Shown: positions 1 to 10,798, numbered from the stretch's first letter. The stretch: 64,000 nucleotides of DNA from Candidatus Hydrogenedentota bacterium (GCA_034669905.1 JAXMOL010000009.1:32001-96000), one strand, 5' to 3'. The notes: generated by a model from the letters alone, not told the origin. Translations and numbers: made by a program.

Positions 1-3000
1 TCTGGCGTATCCGTGAACAGTACACCCCGTGCGTCCGACGGTCCCGCATTGGTTACGTTGACGGTATAGGTGATGGTGTCGCCCGGCGCGGCTTCCACCA
101 CATCAGCGGCCATCGTCACCTGCAGGGTGGCCTCGGGCATCAGGGGAACCGTATCCGTCGCCGAATTATTCGCGCTATCGGTTTCAAACACGAGGCTCGG
201 TCCGGCCACATTGCCGGAAACCGTCAAATCACCGGTGCCAGCGGCGTCCACACGGGCGGTGAGGACGTAGTCCACACTTTCGCCCGCGGCGAGATCGAGG
301 GTGTCGTTGATGGTGCCGGTACCGCTGGAGCCACAGGCGGCACAGGCCCAGGTCACGTTTTCCAGGGTCGCGGGCAGGGTGGTCGTCACGACGGCATCGG
401 TGACCGGGCTTGGGCCCAGATTGCGGACCTGGAACGTGTAGCTCACGTCTTCGCCCGGAACGACCTGACTCGGGTCCCGTGCTATAAAGAGTTGCAGATC
501 CGCGACAGGGCGAATGCGAACACTGTTGGACTCTACTTCGGTACCTGGCAGGAGGCCATCATTGGGCGTAACCCGGAAGAGCCAGATTTCCTCTTCCACC
601 GTGGCCGACATGGGGACCGTACGGAGGTTGTTGAAAGCGCTCTGGAGTTCACCGTTCCGATACCAGCGGATAGCGGTGCTGTTTTCCGGGTCCATGTCCA
701 CATCAAAGTAGGTATAGGACGCCGTGAGGTCTTCGTTGCGCAATGGCTCGGCCGGTGCAAGGATAACGGAACTGGCAACTGGCGGGTCGTTGACGGGGGT
801 GACCGTCACTGGGATGGTGGCCACTACGTCGACGGCACCACCCACGCCCGTGTTGCCCTGATCATTGAGCGTGAGGGTGATGGTGTCGTTTCCGTTGAAG
901 TCCTGATTGCCCTGATAGGAAAAGCCATTCAATGCAGCATTCACCGCGGCGGCCGTACCGGAAAAGGTGATGGATGCATCGTCCGTTCCTGTCGCGGGTG
1001 CGGTGATGGTGATGTCCGCCGTGGTCGCAAGGCTGATGGTGCCGGAACTGGCCGCCATCCGGAGCGAGAGGGTACCTGCCGATTCGGCGACGTCAATATC
1101 GGCCACGGAGACCGTTCCCCCGAAGACGAGTGGCGTATCTTCCGCTACGGACTGGGCGCCCGGCACCGTTACGGTGGGGTCGTCATTCAGCGCCGTAATA
1201 TTAATGGTGACATTGGCCGTAATGTTGGTGCCCCCGCCCTGGCCCGTGTTTCCCTGATCGTTGACGATGATGGCCAGGCTCTCCGTGAGGCCCGATTCGG
1301 TATTGACGTTCAAGTTGGGTTCGTAGCGCAGGCCATCCAGGGCGGCGTTTATGGCAGCGACCGTGCCACTGAAGGTGACGGTAGTCTCATCGCTTCCCGT
1401 GCCCGTGACCAGGGTAATACCTGCCGTGCTGCCCAAGGAGATGAGGCCCTGGGTTACGGTGAGGGTAACGCGCAGTTCTCCGGCAGATTCCGCCACATCC
1501 ACATCGCTGAAGCTGATGGCGTTTCCGTTTGCCCCGGAGAAGATAAGGGCCAATTCCTCATCGGTGGTCTGGGCGGCCGGTACGACAATGACCGGATCAT
1601 CATTTATGGCCGTCACGGTAAGGGACACCGTCTCCTGATCCGTCTGGGCACCCCCGTCTCCCGTGTTGCCCTGGTCCGTCACGTGGACAGTGAGTGTCTG
1701 ACTGACGGCGTTGTCCTGCGCGGTGGTGAAGGTCAGGGTCGGGAGGGTGTTGTTGAGTTCGCTGAGGGTGCCCGTGAGGGTGACGGAGGGCGTGTTATTG
1801 TTGCCGATGGCCAGGGCATCGACGCCGCCCGAGACGCTGTCGGAAACCGCCAGGAAGCCCGCACCGACACTGAGGGTGACCACCAGATTCCCGGTGGCCG
1901 CGTCCACGTCGGAAACGGTGATTCCCGTAATAGCGGTGGTAATATCTTCGTTGATCGTTTGCGTGCCCGGAACCGTCAAGACGGGCGGATTGTTCACCGC
2001 ACCGATAAGGATGGTGACCGTGTCGGAATCCGTGCCAACGGGGCCACTACCCGTGTTGCCCTGATCGTTGGCCGTAATGTTCAGGGTGTCGATCCCGTTG
2101 AAGTCCAGGTTGCCCCGATAGATGAGGCCATCCAAGGCGGCGTTGATGGCCGCGAGCACGCCCGTCATGGAAATGGACGCCGTGCCATTGCCGGTAAAGG
2201 TCGTCAACGCGGCCGTATCCGCCAATGTCAGGACACCATTGCTGACGGAAAGCGTGACCACCAGATCACCGGGTGCTTCGTCAGAGTCAATATCTTCAAT
2301 CACGATGGCATTGCCATCCGTTGCACTGAAGGGGAAGTTTATATTCTCATCGGCGTTTTGTGCCCCGGGAACGGTGATAGCGGGCGCATTGTTGATAGCG
2401 CTCACATTGATGGTCACATTCATGGAAACGTTTCCGCCACCGCCGACACCCGTGTTGCCCAGATCGGTGAGGGTTGCGGTCAGCATGTCGGTCCCGTTGA
2501 AACCCGTGGTGCCCCGGTAGGTAAGTCCGTTGAAGGCCGTATTGATGTTCGTCGTGGAGCCTTCGACCTGTACCGTGGCGGTGCCGTCGCCACTTACCGA
2601 GGTCAACCCGGTGGTGCCATTGAGTGCCAGGGTCCCATTGCTCACCGCGAGGGTAGCCCGCACCACGCCAGTGGGATTGTTTTCCTGATGGTCAATGTCG
2701 GTAATGGTAATGCGGTTACCATTGGCGGTGCTGAAGACCAGATTGGTATCTTCGTTGACCGATTGCGCCCCACTCGGGAAGTTGGTGAAGCTCGGGTCAT
2801 CATTCTGGGCGGTGACGGATATGCCCACGTTGCCCGAGCCCGACTGCGCGGGGCCACCGGAATTTCCGTTGTCATTTGCGACGATCGATAGGGACTGGTC
2901 GGATACCACATTCAACGCGGTCTGGAAACGTAGGGTGGCGAGGGTGGCATTTTGTTGGCTTATCGTTCCCAGCAGAGTGACGGTGCTCGTGCCATTGTTG

Positions 3001-6000
3001 GTAATCTGACCGGACGGGACGCCCCCCACGGCCGCCGTGTTAACCGTGAGCATGCCCTGGGCGACCGACAAGGTGACTGTGACATTGCCGCTGCCCGCAT
3101 CGGGATCGGCAATAGAGATGCCGCCGATCGCCGTCGAAACATCCTCATCTACGGTCTGTGAACCGGGCACCGTCACTACCGGCGGGTCGTTCGTGGCCAT
3201 GATGGTAACGGCGATGGTATCCATCTGCGTCATCACACCGCCTGCGCCCGTGTTGCCCTTGTCACTCACGTTCACCGTGATGGTATCGCTGCCGTTTACC
3301 AACGCGTCGGGGGTGTACTGGAGGCCGTCCAAGGCCGTGGCCGTATCGGCAATCGTGCCATCAAAGGAGACTGTTGCAGTTCCGTTTCCGGTGACATTGG
3401 CAAGGTTGGCCGTGCTGGCGAGTGTGAAGGTCGCTTTGGTTGCGCTGATGGTAACGTTAACGCCGCCGGTACCCGCGCCGAAGGGTGTTTCATCCGCATC
3501 CACATCGGTGATGGTAATTGGATTGCCTGCGGCGGTGCTGATGGTCAGCGAATCGCCCTCCGCCACGCTCTCCGGCCCTGCCGGAACGGTCAACACCGGC
3601 GGATCGTTGACGGCACTGACGGTGACGGTGACCGTTGCGGGTGCCGACGTGGAACCCAGGTTGTCATCCACCGTGTACTGGAAGGAATCCGAACCGTTGA
3701 AATCGCCCGTGGGCGTGTAGGTTACGGCACCGGTGCCCGTGTTGACCATGGTGGTGCCATTGCTCGCCGCCGAGGTCACTGTCACGCTCGAGGCAACCAG
3801 GGTGCCATCGCTGTCGCTGTCCCCGGTGAGGACGGATATGACCACGGCCATCCCTTCGCTGGTGGTGGCAGAATCGGCGTCGGCAACGGGCCGATCATTG
3901 ACACTGACCTGGAAGGTATCTTCGACAAATGCGCCGTTACTATCGGTGGCCCGTACGGTGACCATGGCCGTGCCGGGGGAGTCGGCGGCATAGGCCAGGG
4001 TCAGGTTTCCGCCGGAAATCATGGGTGCGCCGTTAAAAATAGCGTCACCCGTCGTGCTCGGTACCGTATAGGTCAGGCCACCGGATCCGTCTTCCGAATC
4101 CGTAAAGCTCGTCAGCAAATCGATAACGGTATTGGCGGCGTTTTCATTGACCTGCACATCGGCGATAGGGGTTGTTACCGTCGGCGTAAGATTGATCGTG
4201 ATGTTGAAGGTGGCATTGGCGGTCGTCGCCGCTTCGTCATCGCGAACGTTGAAGGTAAAGGAATCACTCGTGGTGTTGGTGCCCCCGTGGGTATAGGTGA
4301 CCGCATTGCTGTTGATGTTGCCCTGGGTGAAATTGGGGGTCATATTCAACGTGCCGTTGGAGGGGCCACTCACTATGGTGTATTGCAGCGTGGTGTCCAC
4401 GTCATCCACATCGGTGTACGAGAGCAGGGCGCTGCTGATGGTGCCCGAGTCCCCCTGATTCACCGTCAGGGTGTTGTTCTGGACCTGGGTGGGCGTGTCA
4501 TTGTCTCCAATAATGTTATGCGTGATGGTATAGGTTGCGGCGCTGATGGCCGTTGGATCGCCGTTGGTCGAAGTGTCTGTGGTCTGGCGAAACTCAACGA
4601 CCCCGGTCCGTGTGCTGAAGCTGCCGCCGTAGCTGTCATCCAACACGCGGATGGTCAGGGAAGTGACGGGACCGTCAAATTCAGAGGCGGGCAGAAAGCG
4701 GAGCTCCGTGCTTGGGTCGAGAACGAGTGCGTTGGGGGACGACGCCGTGTCGGTGACCGTGCCGATATCGAACCACTGGGAGCCCGGTGAGGTGGGGGGC
4801 GAATACTGCCAGGTGCCTTCGCCCGCCAGGGCGGGATTACCCACGACCGCAATGCCTGCGAACGTACCATCCACATCGGAGAAGGAGCCGCCAAACAGAG
4901 TGGTGATGGTTTCGCCCGGTGGGTTGGAAGCATCTTCGTTAATGTCGGCCAGGGTGGCGTTGGCACCACTGGGGGCGTCATTCACCGCCGTGATGTTCAC
5001 GGTAATGTTGGAAGAAGCCGAATCGCTCACTCCACCAGGATCGACGACCACGTAGGGAATGGTGACCGCCGTGTCCCGATCGGCGGCTGGCGTGAAACGG
5101 AGATCGAGGAATCCGGTGGTGAGTGTCAATACGGTGCCAGAGGCGCCCAGCACAATGGCCGACCCGTTTGCCTGGGTAACCGTGCCGCCAGTGAAGGTAA
5201 GCAGTCGAATGGCGTTGGGGGTTTCCCCGGTATCGTCATCGTTCAGCGTGGCGGGCATCACCCGTATGTTCGCCGCACCGGGTGCCGGGTCATCTTCCGT
5301 GATGTTCGTTGCGCCACCGCCCGGTGCCGTGGCGGTAATATTTCCGCCCGCGTCGGGTGCGTCGGGTTGGGGGGTAATATTTACGGTGATGGTAGATTGG
5401 GCAGAATCCGAAATGCCACCGGGGTCGACGACGACATAGGTAATCGTTGCCGCCGTATCACGGCCACTCGTTGGTGTGAACCGCAAATTGACAGCGCCAC
5501 CCGTCAGGCCGAGGATGGTTCCCGATGCGCCCAAGGTTATGGCGGAGTTGTCGCTTTGCGCGACGGTGCCGCCCGTAATACTGATGAGTCGGATACTGTT
5601 CGGGTTTTCTCCGGTGTCCGGGTCGCTCAACGTGGGGGGCGCGACGCGGATGTTGGCAGCGCCGGGCGCACCATCGTCCTCATTAATCATGGTGGCTCCG
5701 CCGCCCGGTGCCAACGCAGTGAGATCGCCACCTGCCGCGGGCGGGTCCGCGCCAGAAGTGATGCTCACAGTGGCGGTAGAAGCGGTCGAATCGGCAACGC
5801 CGGATCGGTCGACGACGACATAGGAAATCGTTGCGTCCGTATCCCGATCCATCGCGGGGGTAAAGCGGAGATCCAGCTTGCCGGACGTCAGATTGAGCAC
5901 CGTGCCCGACGCGCCCAGGGTAATGGCACTGCCATCGCCCTGCGCCACACTGCCACCGGTCACGCTGATGAGGCGAATCGCCACCGGGGGATCATCGATG

Positions 6001-7013
6001 GTGTCCGGGTCGCTCAATACACTGGGCGTGATCCGAATATTTGCCGAGCCGGGTGCGGGCGCGTCTTCATTAATACTGATGGGGCCGTCGCTCGTGTTGG
6101 TCACGGTGACATTGCCACCGGCGCTGGGGGGATCTGTGTTATCTGCGGTGATACTCACGGTGGCGGTAGAAGCGGTCGAATCGGCAACGCCGGATCGGTC
6201 GACGACGACATAGGAAATCGTTGCGTCCGTATCCCGATCCATCGCGGGGGTAAAGCGCAAGTTCAGGTCGCCCGAGGACATCGTCAATGCTGTTCCGGAG
6301 GCGCCCAATACAATGGCACTGCCGTCGCCCTGCGCCACGGTGCCGCCGGTGACGGAGAGGAGCCGCAAGGCCGTCGGGGGGTTGTCTACCGTATCGGGAT
6401 CGCTGAGGGTGACCGGGCTGATCTGGATGTTTGCCGAGCCGGGCGCGGGCGCGTCTTCACTGATACTGATGGCACCGCCGCTCGTGTTGGTCACGGTGAC
6501 ATTGCCACCCGCGCTGGGTGGGTCGGTGTCGTCGGCAGTAATACTTATCGTGATGGTCGACTGACTGGAATCGGTTACGCCGCCGGGATCCACGACCACA
6601 TACTGAATGGTGGCGTCGGTGTCCCGGTCGGGGCTGGGCGTAAAGCGGGCCTCATAGTCGCCGCTCGACAACATGAGCACCGTGCCCGACGCACCGAGCG
6701 TAATGGCACTCCCATCGCCCTGGGCAATGGTGCCGCCCGTGATGGAGATAAGGCGAATGGAATCCGGCGTTTCCCCCATGTCGGCATCCATCAGGGTGGT
6801 GGGCGTAAACTGCACATTGGCGGAAACCGGTGCTGTGGCGTCCTCTGGAATGCTGGTGCCCGCCCCACCGGGTGCGGTGGCGGTAATATCGCCCCCGGGT
6901 GACGGCGCCACAGCGAAGGCCACACCACCAACCGAAAAAATCCCCAAGCCCATGATAACACTGGATATCAGACGCGGCCAATTGCCCATACGTCCACCAG
7001 AAAGTCGAATCAT
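1..7013 (-). CDS. Giant secreted repeat adhesin/surface protein (Ig-like, cadherin-like/CSPG, tandem-95-like and DUF11 repeats); 3' end lies outside the window
   Basis: ATG at 7013 with GGAG upstream. It reads MIRLSGGRMGNWPRLISSVIMGLGIFSVGGVAFA (signal peptide), then repeats such as YVVVDPGG, NDPPVLTVP, FTQGNINSNAVTYTHGGTNTTSDSFTF and DUF11-like GDTITYTVNVTNAGPSDA. The ORF track lists no ORF in this frame, consistent with no stop before position 1; >2,330 aa. Confidence 0.88.
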   Translation of the reverse strand, partial: MIRLSGGRMGNWPRLISSVIMGLGIFSVGGVAFAVAPSPGGDITATAPGGAGTSIPEDATAPVSANVQFTPTTLMDADMGETPDSIRLISITGGTIAQGDGSAITLGASGTVLMLSSGDYEARFTPSPDRDTDATIQYVVVDPGGVTDSSQSTITISITADDTDPPSAGGNVTVTNTSGGAISISEDAPAPGSANIQISPVTLSDPDTVDNPPTALRLLSVTGGTVAQGDGSAIVLGASGTALTMSSGDLNLRFTPAMDRDTDATISYVVVDRSGVADSTASTATVSITADNTDPPSAGGNVTVTNTSDGPISINEDAPAPGSANIRITPSVLSDPDTIDDPPVAIRLISVTGGSVAQGDGSAITLGASGTVLNLTSGKLDLRFTPAMDRDTDATISYVVVDRSGVADSTASTATVSITSGADPPAAGGDLTALAPGGGATMINEDDGAPGAANIRVAPPTLSDPDTGENPNSIRLISITGGTVAQSDNSAITLGASGTILGLTGGAVNLRFTPTSGRDTAATITYVVVDPGGISDSAQSTITVNITPQPDAPDAGGNITATAPGGGATNITEDDPAPGAANIRVMPATLNDDDTGETPNAIRLLTFTGGTVTQANGSAIVLGASGTVLTLTTGFLDLRFTPAADRDTAVTIPYVVVDPGGVSDSASSNITVNITAVNDAPSGANATLADINEDASNPPGETITTLFGGSFSDVDGTFAGIAVVGNPALAGEGTWQYSPPTSPGSQWFDIGTVTDTASSPNALVLDPSTELRFLPASEFDGPVTSLTIRVLDDSYGGSFSTRTGVVEFRQTTDTSTNGDPTAISAATYTITHNIIGDNDTPTQVQNNTLTVNQGDSGTISSALLSYTDVDDVDTTLQYTIVSGPSNGTLNMTPNFTQGNINSNAVTYTHGGTNTTSDSFTFNVRDDEAATTANATFNITINLTPTVTTPIADVQVNENAANTVIDLLTSFTDSEDGSGGLTYTVPSTTGDAIFNGAPMISGGNLTLAYAADSPGTAMVTVRATDSNGAFVEDTFQVSVNDRPVADADSATTSEGMAVVISVLTGDSDSDGTLVASSVTVTSAASNGTTMVNTGTGAVTYTPTGDFNGSDSFQYTVDDNLGSTSAPATVTVTVSAVNDPPVLTVPAGPESVAEGDSLTISTAAGNPITITDVDADETPFGAGTGGVNVTISATKATFTLASTANLANVTGNGTATVSFDGTIADTATALDGLQYTPDALVNGSDTITVNVSDKGNTGAGGVMTQMDTIAVTIMATNDPPVVTVPGSQTVDEDVSTAIGGISIADPDAGSGNVTVTLSVAQGMLTVNTAAVGGVPSGQITNNGTSTVTLLGTISQQNATLATLRFQTALNVVSDQSLSIVANDNGNSGGPAQSGSGNVGISVTAQNDDPSFTNFPSGAQSVNEDTNLVFSTANGNRITITDIDHQENNPTGVVRATLAVSNGTLALNGTTGLTSVSGDGTATVQVEGSTTNINTAFNGLTYRGTTGFNGTDMLTATLTDLGNTGVGGGGNVSMNVTINVSAINNAPAITVPGAQNADENINFPFSATDGNAIVIEDIDSDEAPGDLVVTLSVSNGVLTLADTAALTTFTGNGTASISMTGVLAAINAALDGLIYRGNLDFNGIDTLNITANDQGNTGSGPVGTDSDTVTILIGAVNNPPVLTVPGTQTINEDITTAITGITVSDVDAATGNLVVTLSVGAGFLAVSDSVSGGVDALAIGNNNTPSVTLTGTLSELNNTLPTLTFTTAQDNAVSQTLTVHVTDQGNTGDGGAQTDQETVSLTVTAINDDPVIVVPAAQTTDEELALIFSGANGNAISFSDVDVAESAGELRVTLTVTQGLISLGSTAGITLVTGTGSDETTVTFSGTVAAINAALDGLRYEPNLNVNTESGLTESLAIIVNDQGNTGQGGGTNITANVTINITALNDDPTVTVPGAQSVAEDTPLVFGGTVSVADIDVAESAGTLSLRMAASSGTISLATTADITITAPATGTDDASITFSGTAAAVNAALNGFSYQGNQDFNGNDTITLTLNDQGNTGVGGAVDVVATIPVTVTPVNDPPVASSVILAPAEPLRNEDLTASYTYFDVDMDPENSTAIRWYRNGELQSAFNNLRTVPMSATVEEEIWLFRVTPNDGLLPGTEVESNSVRIRPVADLQLFIARDPSQVVPGEDVSYTFQVRNLGPSPVTDAVVTTTLPATLENVTWACAACGSSGTGTINDTLDLAAGESVDYVLTARVDAAGTGDLTVSGNVAGPSLVFETDSANNSATDTVPLMPEATLQVTMAADVVEAAPGDTITYTVNVTNAGPSDARGVLFTDTP
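4990..6900 (-). repeat. Five tandem ~128-130 aa N-terminal repeat units of the adhesin (384-390 bp period)
   Basis: The YVVVD motif recurs near 5045, 5430, 5815, 6205 and 6595. 5770-5867 is identical to 6160-6257. Boundaries are approximate. Confidence 0.85.
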
Positions 7014-7406
7014 CTCTTACTCCAGCCATACGTTCGAAATCAGGACATTTATCTCGTGCACCCACAGCAACACGATACGAGGGGTCCCATAGAAAACCCA
7101 ATGCCCGCAGCGCTGGCCCCCGTTACAGTCCGGCGGGCCAGTGGATGTGGAAAAGCGCGGTCCAGACACCTGCCCAGAGAAATCCCGGATAAGCGAGTTG
7201 TCCGGGTATGACTTGCGCCTGGCACGTGTCCATCTGCCACCACGATTACATGATACCTTTACAGACAGGCCTTGTCTAGCGTATCCATCATTCGATTTGT
7301 CGAAAAGTGTAAGCCTGCAGGCGGGGGCTAAACCCGCGCGAGGTCATGACTAAGCACGGCTTTCGATTGCGGGGTGTCGACGAAAAGCACAAAATAAACG
7401 TGCTTC

Positions 7407-7435
7407 TTGACTTGCTTAAGATTTTCAGGTTTAAT
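7407..7435 (+). promoter_or_regulatory. Putative sigma70 promoter of the T6SS operon
   Basis: TTGACT-17 bp-TTTAAT in the AT-rich divergent intergenic region, about 115 bp upstream of tssA. Confidence 0.55.
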
Positions 7436-7551
7436 CATTGGGTCAACTATATATCGTGCAACCACGGGCAGGGGTGTCCGGGCAATGGTTGCGTCTCGAG
7501 GCGATATTCAGATATCAGCAGAATAATTGTTGCTTTCTTCCGGGAGTATTC

Positions 7552-8715
7552 ATGGACATAGAACAATTGTTAGAACCCATCTCGGACGAGATGCCGTGTG
7601 GGGAAGAGGGCTCGCTGTTTGCGCTGGAAGAGATCGTAAAGGAGCAGGGGGCAGGGATTGTGGCGGGGGCCGAGGTGGAAGCGACCGAGCCCAACTGGAG
7701 CCAGCTTTACGAAGAGTCGATTGCGTGCTTTCAAGAGTGTAAACACCTGCGCACGGCCCTCTTTTTGACCCTTGCCAGCATGAATCGCAATGGCGTCATC
7801 GGGTTTCGGGATGGGCTGAGTCTGATTAAAGGGTTGATCGAGCAATATTGGGATACGATGTACCCCGAGTTGGATCCCGACGAAGGCATGGGAGATCCCG
7901 ATGGCTGGATGGAGCGGGAGAATATTCTAAACGACATGAGTGCGCCCCTGGCAACGGTGGGCGATACCATGAAGTTCCTCCAACGGCTTCGTGCCGTGCC
8001 ATTGACGAACTCACGCCAATTGGGCCGCTTTTCATTGAAAGATATCCAGGCGGCGCTTGCGGCCGGAAGCGATGATGAAGAGGGCGATTCCGATAGCAAT
8101 GCACCCAAAATGTCGTTGATACAGGGGGCATTTGAAGATACCGACCTCGATGAATTAGACGCTATGCACACCGCCGTATCCGAGTCCATCGAATTGCTCG
8201 ATGGGATTCGTGAGGCCCTTTCCGAGAAATTGTCCCAGAGTATCCCCCCAACCTTTGAAAATGTGGCCAGCATGTTGAAAGACATGAAGCGTCCGGTTTT
8301 CAAGGAATTGGATCGTCGTGGCTTCTTCGACGACGACGACGACGACTTCGATGCAGATGGGGACGATGACGGGGGAGAAGAGGACGGTAGCGAAGAGGGG
8401 AGTAGCGGCGGTGGCGGCGGTGGAGGCCGCAAAGGCGACATGGCGAGTGCGGGAATTAATTCCCGCGAAGATGTGTTGAAAGCATTCGGCCTCATTTACA
8501 AGTATTACAGTCGAAACGAGCCTTCGAGTCCGGTGCCCCTCATTATGAAACGCGCCGAACGGCTCGTAACGGCCAATTTTTACGACATTATCTCGGATCT
8601 ATCACCCAGCGCTATCAGTGAGATCGAAAGTATCACGGGTACGTCGTCGAGTGACGCCATGGATTCGGGTGACGATGACTTTGATTCGGACGCCAGTAGT
8701 GACGATGATATGTAA
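7552..8715 (+). CDS. tssA: T6SS TssA (ImpA family)
   Basis: ATG 7552 with GGGAG RBS. ImpA_N-like start (MDIEQLLEPIS..PCG, W..MYPELD), acidic/Gly linker, and C-terminal SREDV...YY...EPSSPVPL..RAERLV. Confidence 0.93.
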   Translation: MDIEQLLEPISDEMPCGEEGSLFALEEIVKEQGAGIVAGAEVEATEPNWSQLYEESIACFQECKHLRTALFLTLASMNRNGVIGFRDGLSLIKGLIEQYWDTMYPELDPDEGMGDPDGWMERENILNDMSAPLATVGDTMKFLQRLRAVPLTNSRQLGRFSLKDIQAALAAGSDDEEGDSDSNAPKMSLIQGAFEDTDLDELDAMHTAVSESIELLDGIREALSEKLSQSIPPTFENVASMLKDMKRPVFKELDRRGFFDDDDDDFDADGDDDGGEEDGSEEGSSGGGGGGGRKGDMASAGINSREDVLKAFGLIYKYYSRNEPSSPVPLIMKRAERLVTANFYDIISDLSPSAISEIESITGTSSSDAMDSGDDDFDSDASSDDDM

Positions 8716-8819
8716 GCGCTTCTGTGAGGCACAGAAACGCGGTGAAGAACACACGTAAGAGATGCTGACATCCCGGTGGATGACAGAGAAACAGCGAACA
8801 GAAAGGGCATAGGAGCACC

Positions 8820-9323
8820 ATGGCAACACCTAGTAGTCAGAAATTTATTGCTCGCAATAAGGCTCCCCGGGTTCAGATCGAATATGATGTAGAACTCTAT
8901 GGGGCGGAAAAGAAAATCAACCTGCCATTCGTGATGGGTGTCATGGCGGACCTTTCCGGCAAGCCCGCGGAAGAGCTTCCTCCGGTCAGCGATCGCGACC
9001 TCGTGGAGATTGATTCGGAAAACTTTAACAGCCGGCTCAAAGCTATGAAGCCCCGCGTGGCCTTTCAGGTGCCCAATACCCTGTCGGGTGAAGGCAACCT
9101 TTCCGTGGAAATGACCTTTGAGTCCATGGATGATTTCTCGCCCGGGAAAGTGGCCGAAAACGTCGACGAGCTCAATGAGCTCCTGACCGCACGGCGTGAG
9201 CTCTCCGACCTGCTCTCCTATATGGACGGTAAGAGTGGCGCAGAAGATCTGTTGGGTAAAGTGCTCGCGGATAAAGACGCCCTGTCTCAATTGGGCGGTG
9301 ACGCAAGCGAAGGAGGTGAATAA
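8820..9323 (+). CDS. tssB: T6SS contractile sheath small subunit
   Basis: SSQKFIARNKAPRVQIEYDVELYGAEKKINLPFVMGVMADLSG signature. Confidence 0.97.
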   Translation: MATPSSQKFIARNKAPRVQIEYDVELYGAEKKINLPFVMGVMADLSGKPAEELPPVSDRDLVEIDSENFNSRLKAMKPRVAFQVPNTLSGEGNLSVEMTFESMDDFSPGKVAENVDELNELLTARRELSDLLSYMDGKSGAEDLLGKVLADKDALSQLGGDASEGGE

Positions 9324-9325
9324 CC

Positions 9326-10798
9326 ATGGCTGATACCGTTGAAGAAGGAGCCACACTGGATGTCGCCCAACTGGACGACATGATTGATAGTGAATTCAAG
9401 CCGAAGACCTCGGCGGCGAAAAGCACGATCAAGAAAGCCGTGTCAACGCTTGCCCGTGAAGCCTTGAAAGAGGGCGAGGTCGATCCGTCGGATTCGACGG
9501 CCACGATCAAGTTCCTGATCAAGAACCTGGATGACAAGCTCACCAAGCAGGTGAACGGAATCATCCACCATGAAGATTTCCAGAAACTGGAAGGCTCCTG
9601 GCGCGGATTGCAATACATGGTTTCCAACACGGAAACCGACGAGCAATTGAAGATTCGCGTGCTGAACATCTCCAAAAAAGAAATCAGCAAGCTCCTCAAG
9701 AAATATAAGGGTACGGCCTGGGAACAGAGCCCCCTCTTCAAGAAGCTCTATGAAGAAGAATATGGTACGCCCGGTGGCGAGCCCTATGGTTGTATCGTGG
9801 GTGACTACGAATTCGACCACAGCGCTCCCGACGTGCAGATTCTTCAGGGAATCTCGCAGATCGCTGCGGCTGCCCACACCCCCTTCATTGCGGCGGCTTC
9901 CCCCCGTCTGATGAACATGGACAGCTGGCAGGAGCTTTCCAATCCCAGCGACATCAATAAGCTCTTCACTTCCCCTGAGTATGCGCCCTGGCGCTCCCTC
10001 CGGGAGTCGGAAGATGCCCGCTATATGGGCCTGACCCTGCCGCGTTTTCTGTCCCGCCTGCCCTATGGCGCGGCAACCAACCCGGTTGATGACTTTGACT
10101 TCGAAGAAGAAGTCAATAACGACCAGAAAAACTTCACCTGGGCCAATGCCGCGTATGCGATGGGCGCCAACATCACCCGCTCCTTCAAGCTCTACGGCTG
10201 GTGTTCCCAGATTCGTGGCGTGGAAAGTGGCGGCTCGGTGGAAGGACTGCCCTGTTATACCTTCCCGACCGATGACGGTGGGGTGGACATGACCTGTCCG
10301 ACCGAAATCGCCATCACGGACCGTCGTGAAGCCGAAATGGCCCGCGCAGGTCTCATGCCCCTGTCCTTCTTCAAGAACACCGACTACGCCGTGTTTATCG
10401 GTGCCCAGTCGCTGCAGAAGCCCCAGGAATACGAAGATCCGGATGCGACGGCCAACGCCAATCTCAGCGCCCGTCTGCCCTACCTCTTCTCCACCTGCCG
10501 CTTTGCCCACTATCTCAAGTGTATCGTCCGCGATAAGGTCGGTTCCTTTGCCGAGCGCGCCGACATGGAGACCTGGCTCAATAACTGGATTCGCCAGTAT
10601 GTTGAACCCGATCCCTCCAACGCCTCCAACGAAGCCAAAGCCCGCCGTCCGCTGGCTGCCGCTGAAGTGGTCGTGGCCGACGTCGAAGGCAATCCGGGTT
10701 ATTACTCGGCCGTCTTCTATCTCCGTCCCCACTATCAGTTGGAAGGTCTGTCCGCATCGCTGCGGCTGGTTTCCAAGCTGCCGACGGAAAAAGGCTGA
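9326..10798 (+). CDS. tssC: T6SS contractile sheath large subunit
   Basis: FQKLEGSWRGL, YEEEYGTPGGEPYG, CPTEIAITDRREAE and LRPHYQLEGL motifs. Confidence 0.97.
   Translation: MADTVEEGATLDVAQLDDMIDSEFKPKTSAAKSTIKKAVSTLAREALKEGEVDPSDSTATIKFLIKNLDDKLTKQVNGIIHHEDFQKLEGSWRGLQYMVSNTETDEQLKIRVLNISKKEISKLLKKYKGTAWEQSPLFKKLYEEEYGTPGGEPYGCIVGDYEFDHSAPDVQILQGISQIAAAAHTPFIAAASPRLMNMDSWQELSNPSDINKLFTSPEYAPWRSLRESEDARYMGLTLPRFLSRLPYGAATNPVDDFDFEEEVNNDQKNFTWANAAYAMGANITRSFKLYGWCSQIRGVESGGSVEGLPCYTFPTDDGGVDMTCPTEIAITDRREAEMARAGLMPLSFFKNTDYAVFIGAQSLQKPQEYEDPDATANANLSARLPYLFSTCRFAHYLKCIVRDKVGSFAERADMETWLNNWIRQYVEPDPSNASNEAKARRPLAAAEVVVADVEGNPGYYSAVFYLRPHYQLEGLSASLRLVSKLPTEKG

Noticed and set aside
492..6902. 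Long plus-strand ORFs (492-2891, 4287-4790, 5367-6902 and others)
   Set aside because: Antisense shadows of the minus-strand adhesin; no recognisable motifs.
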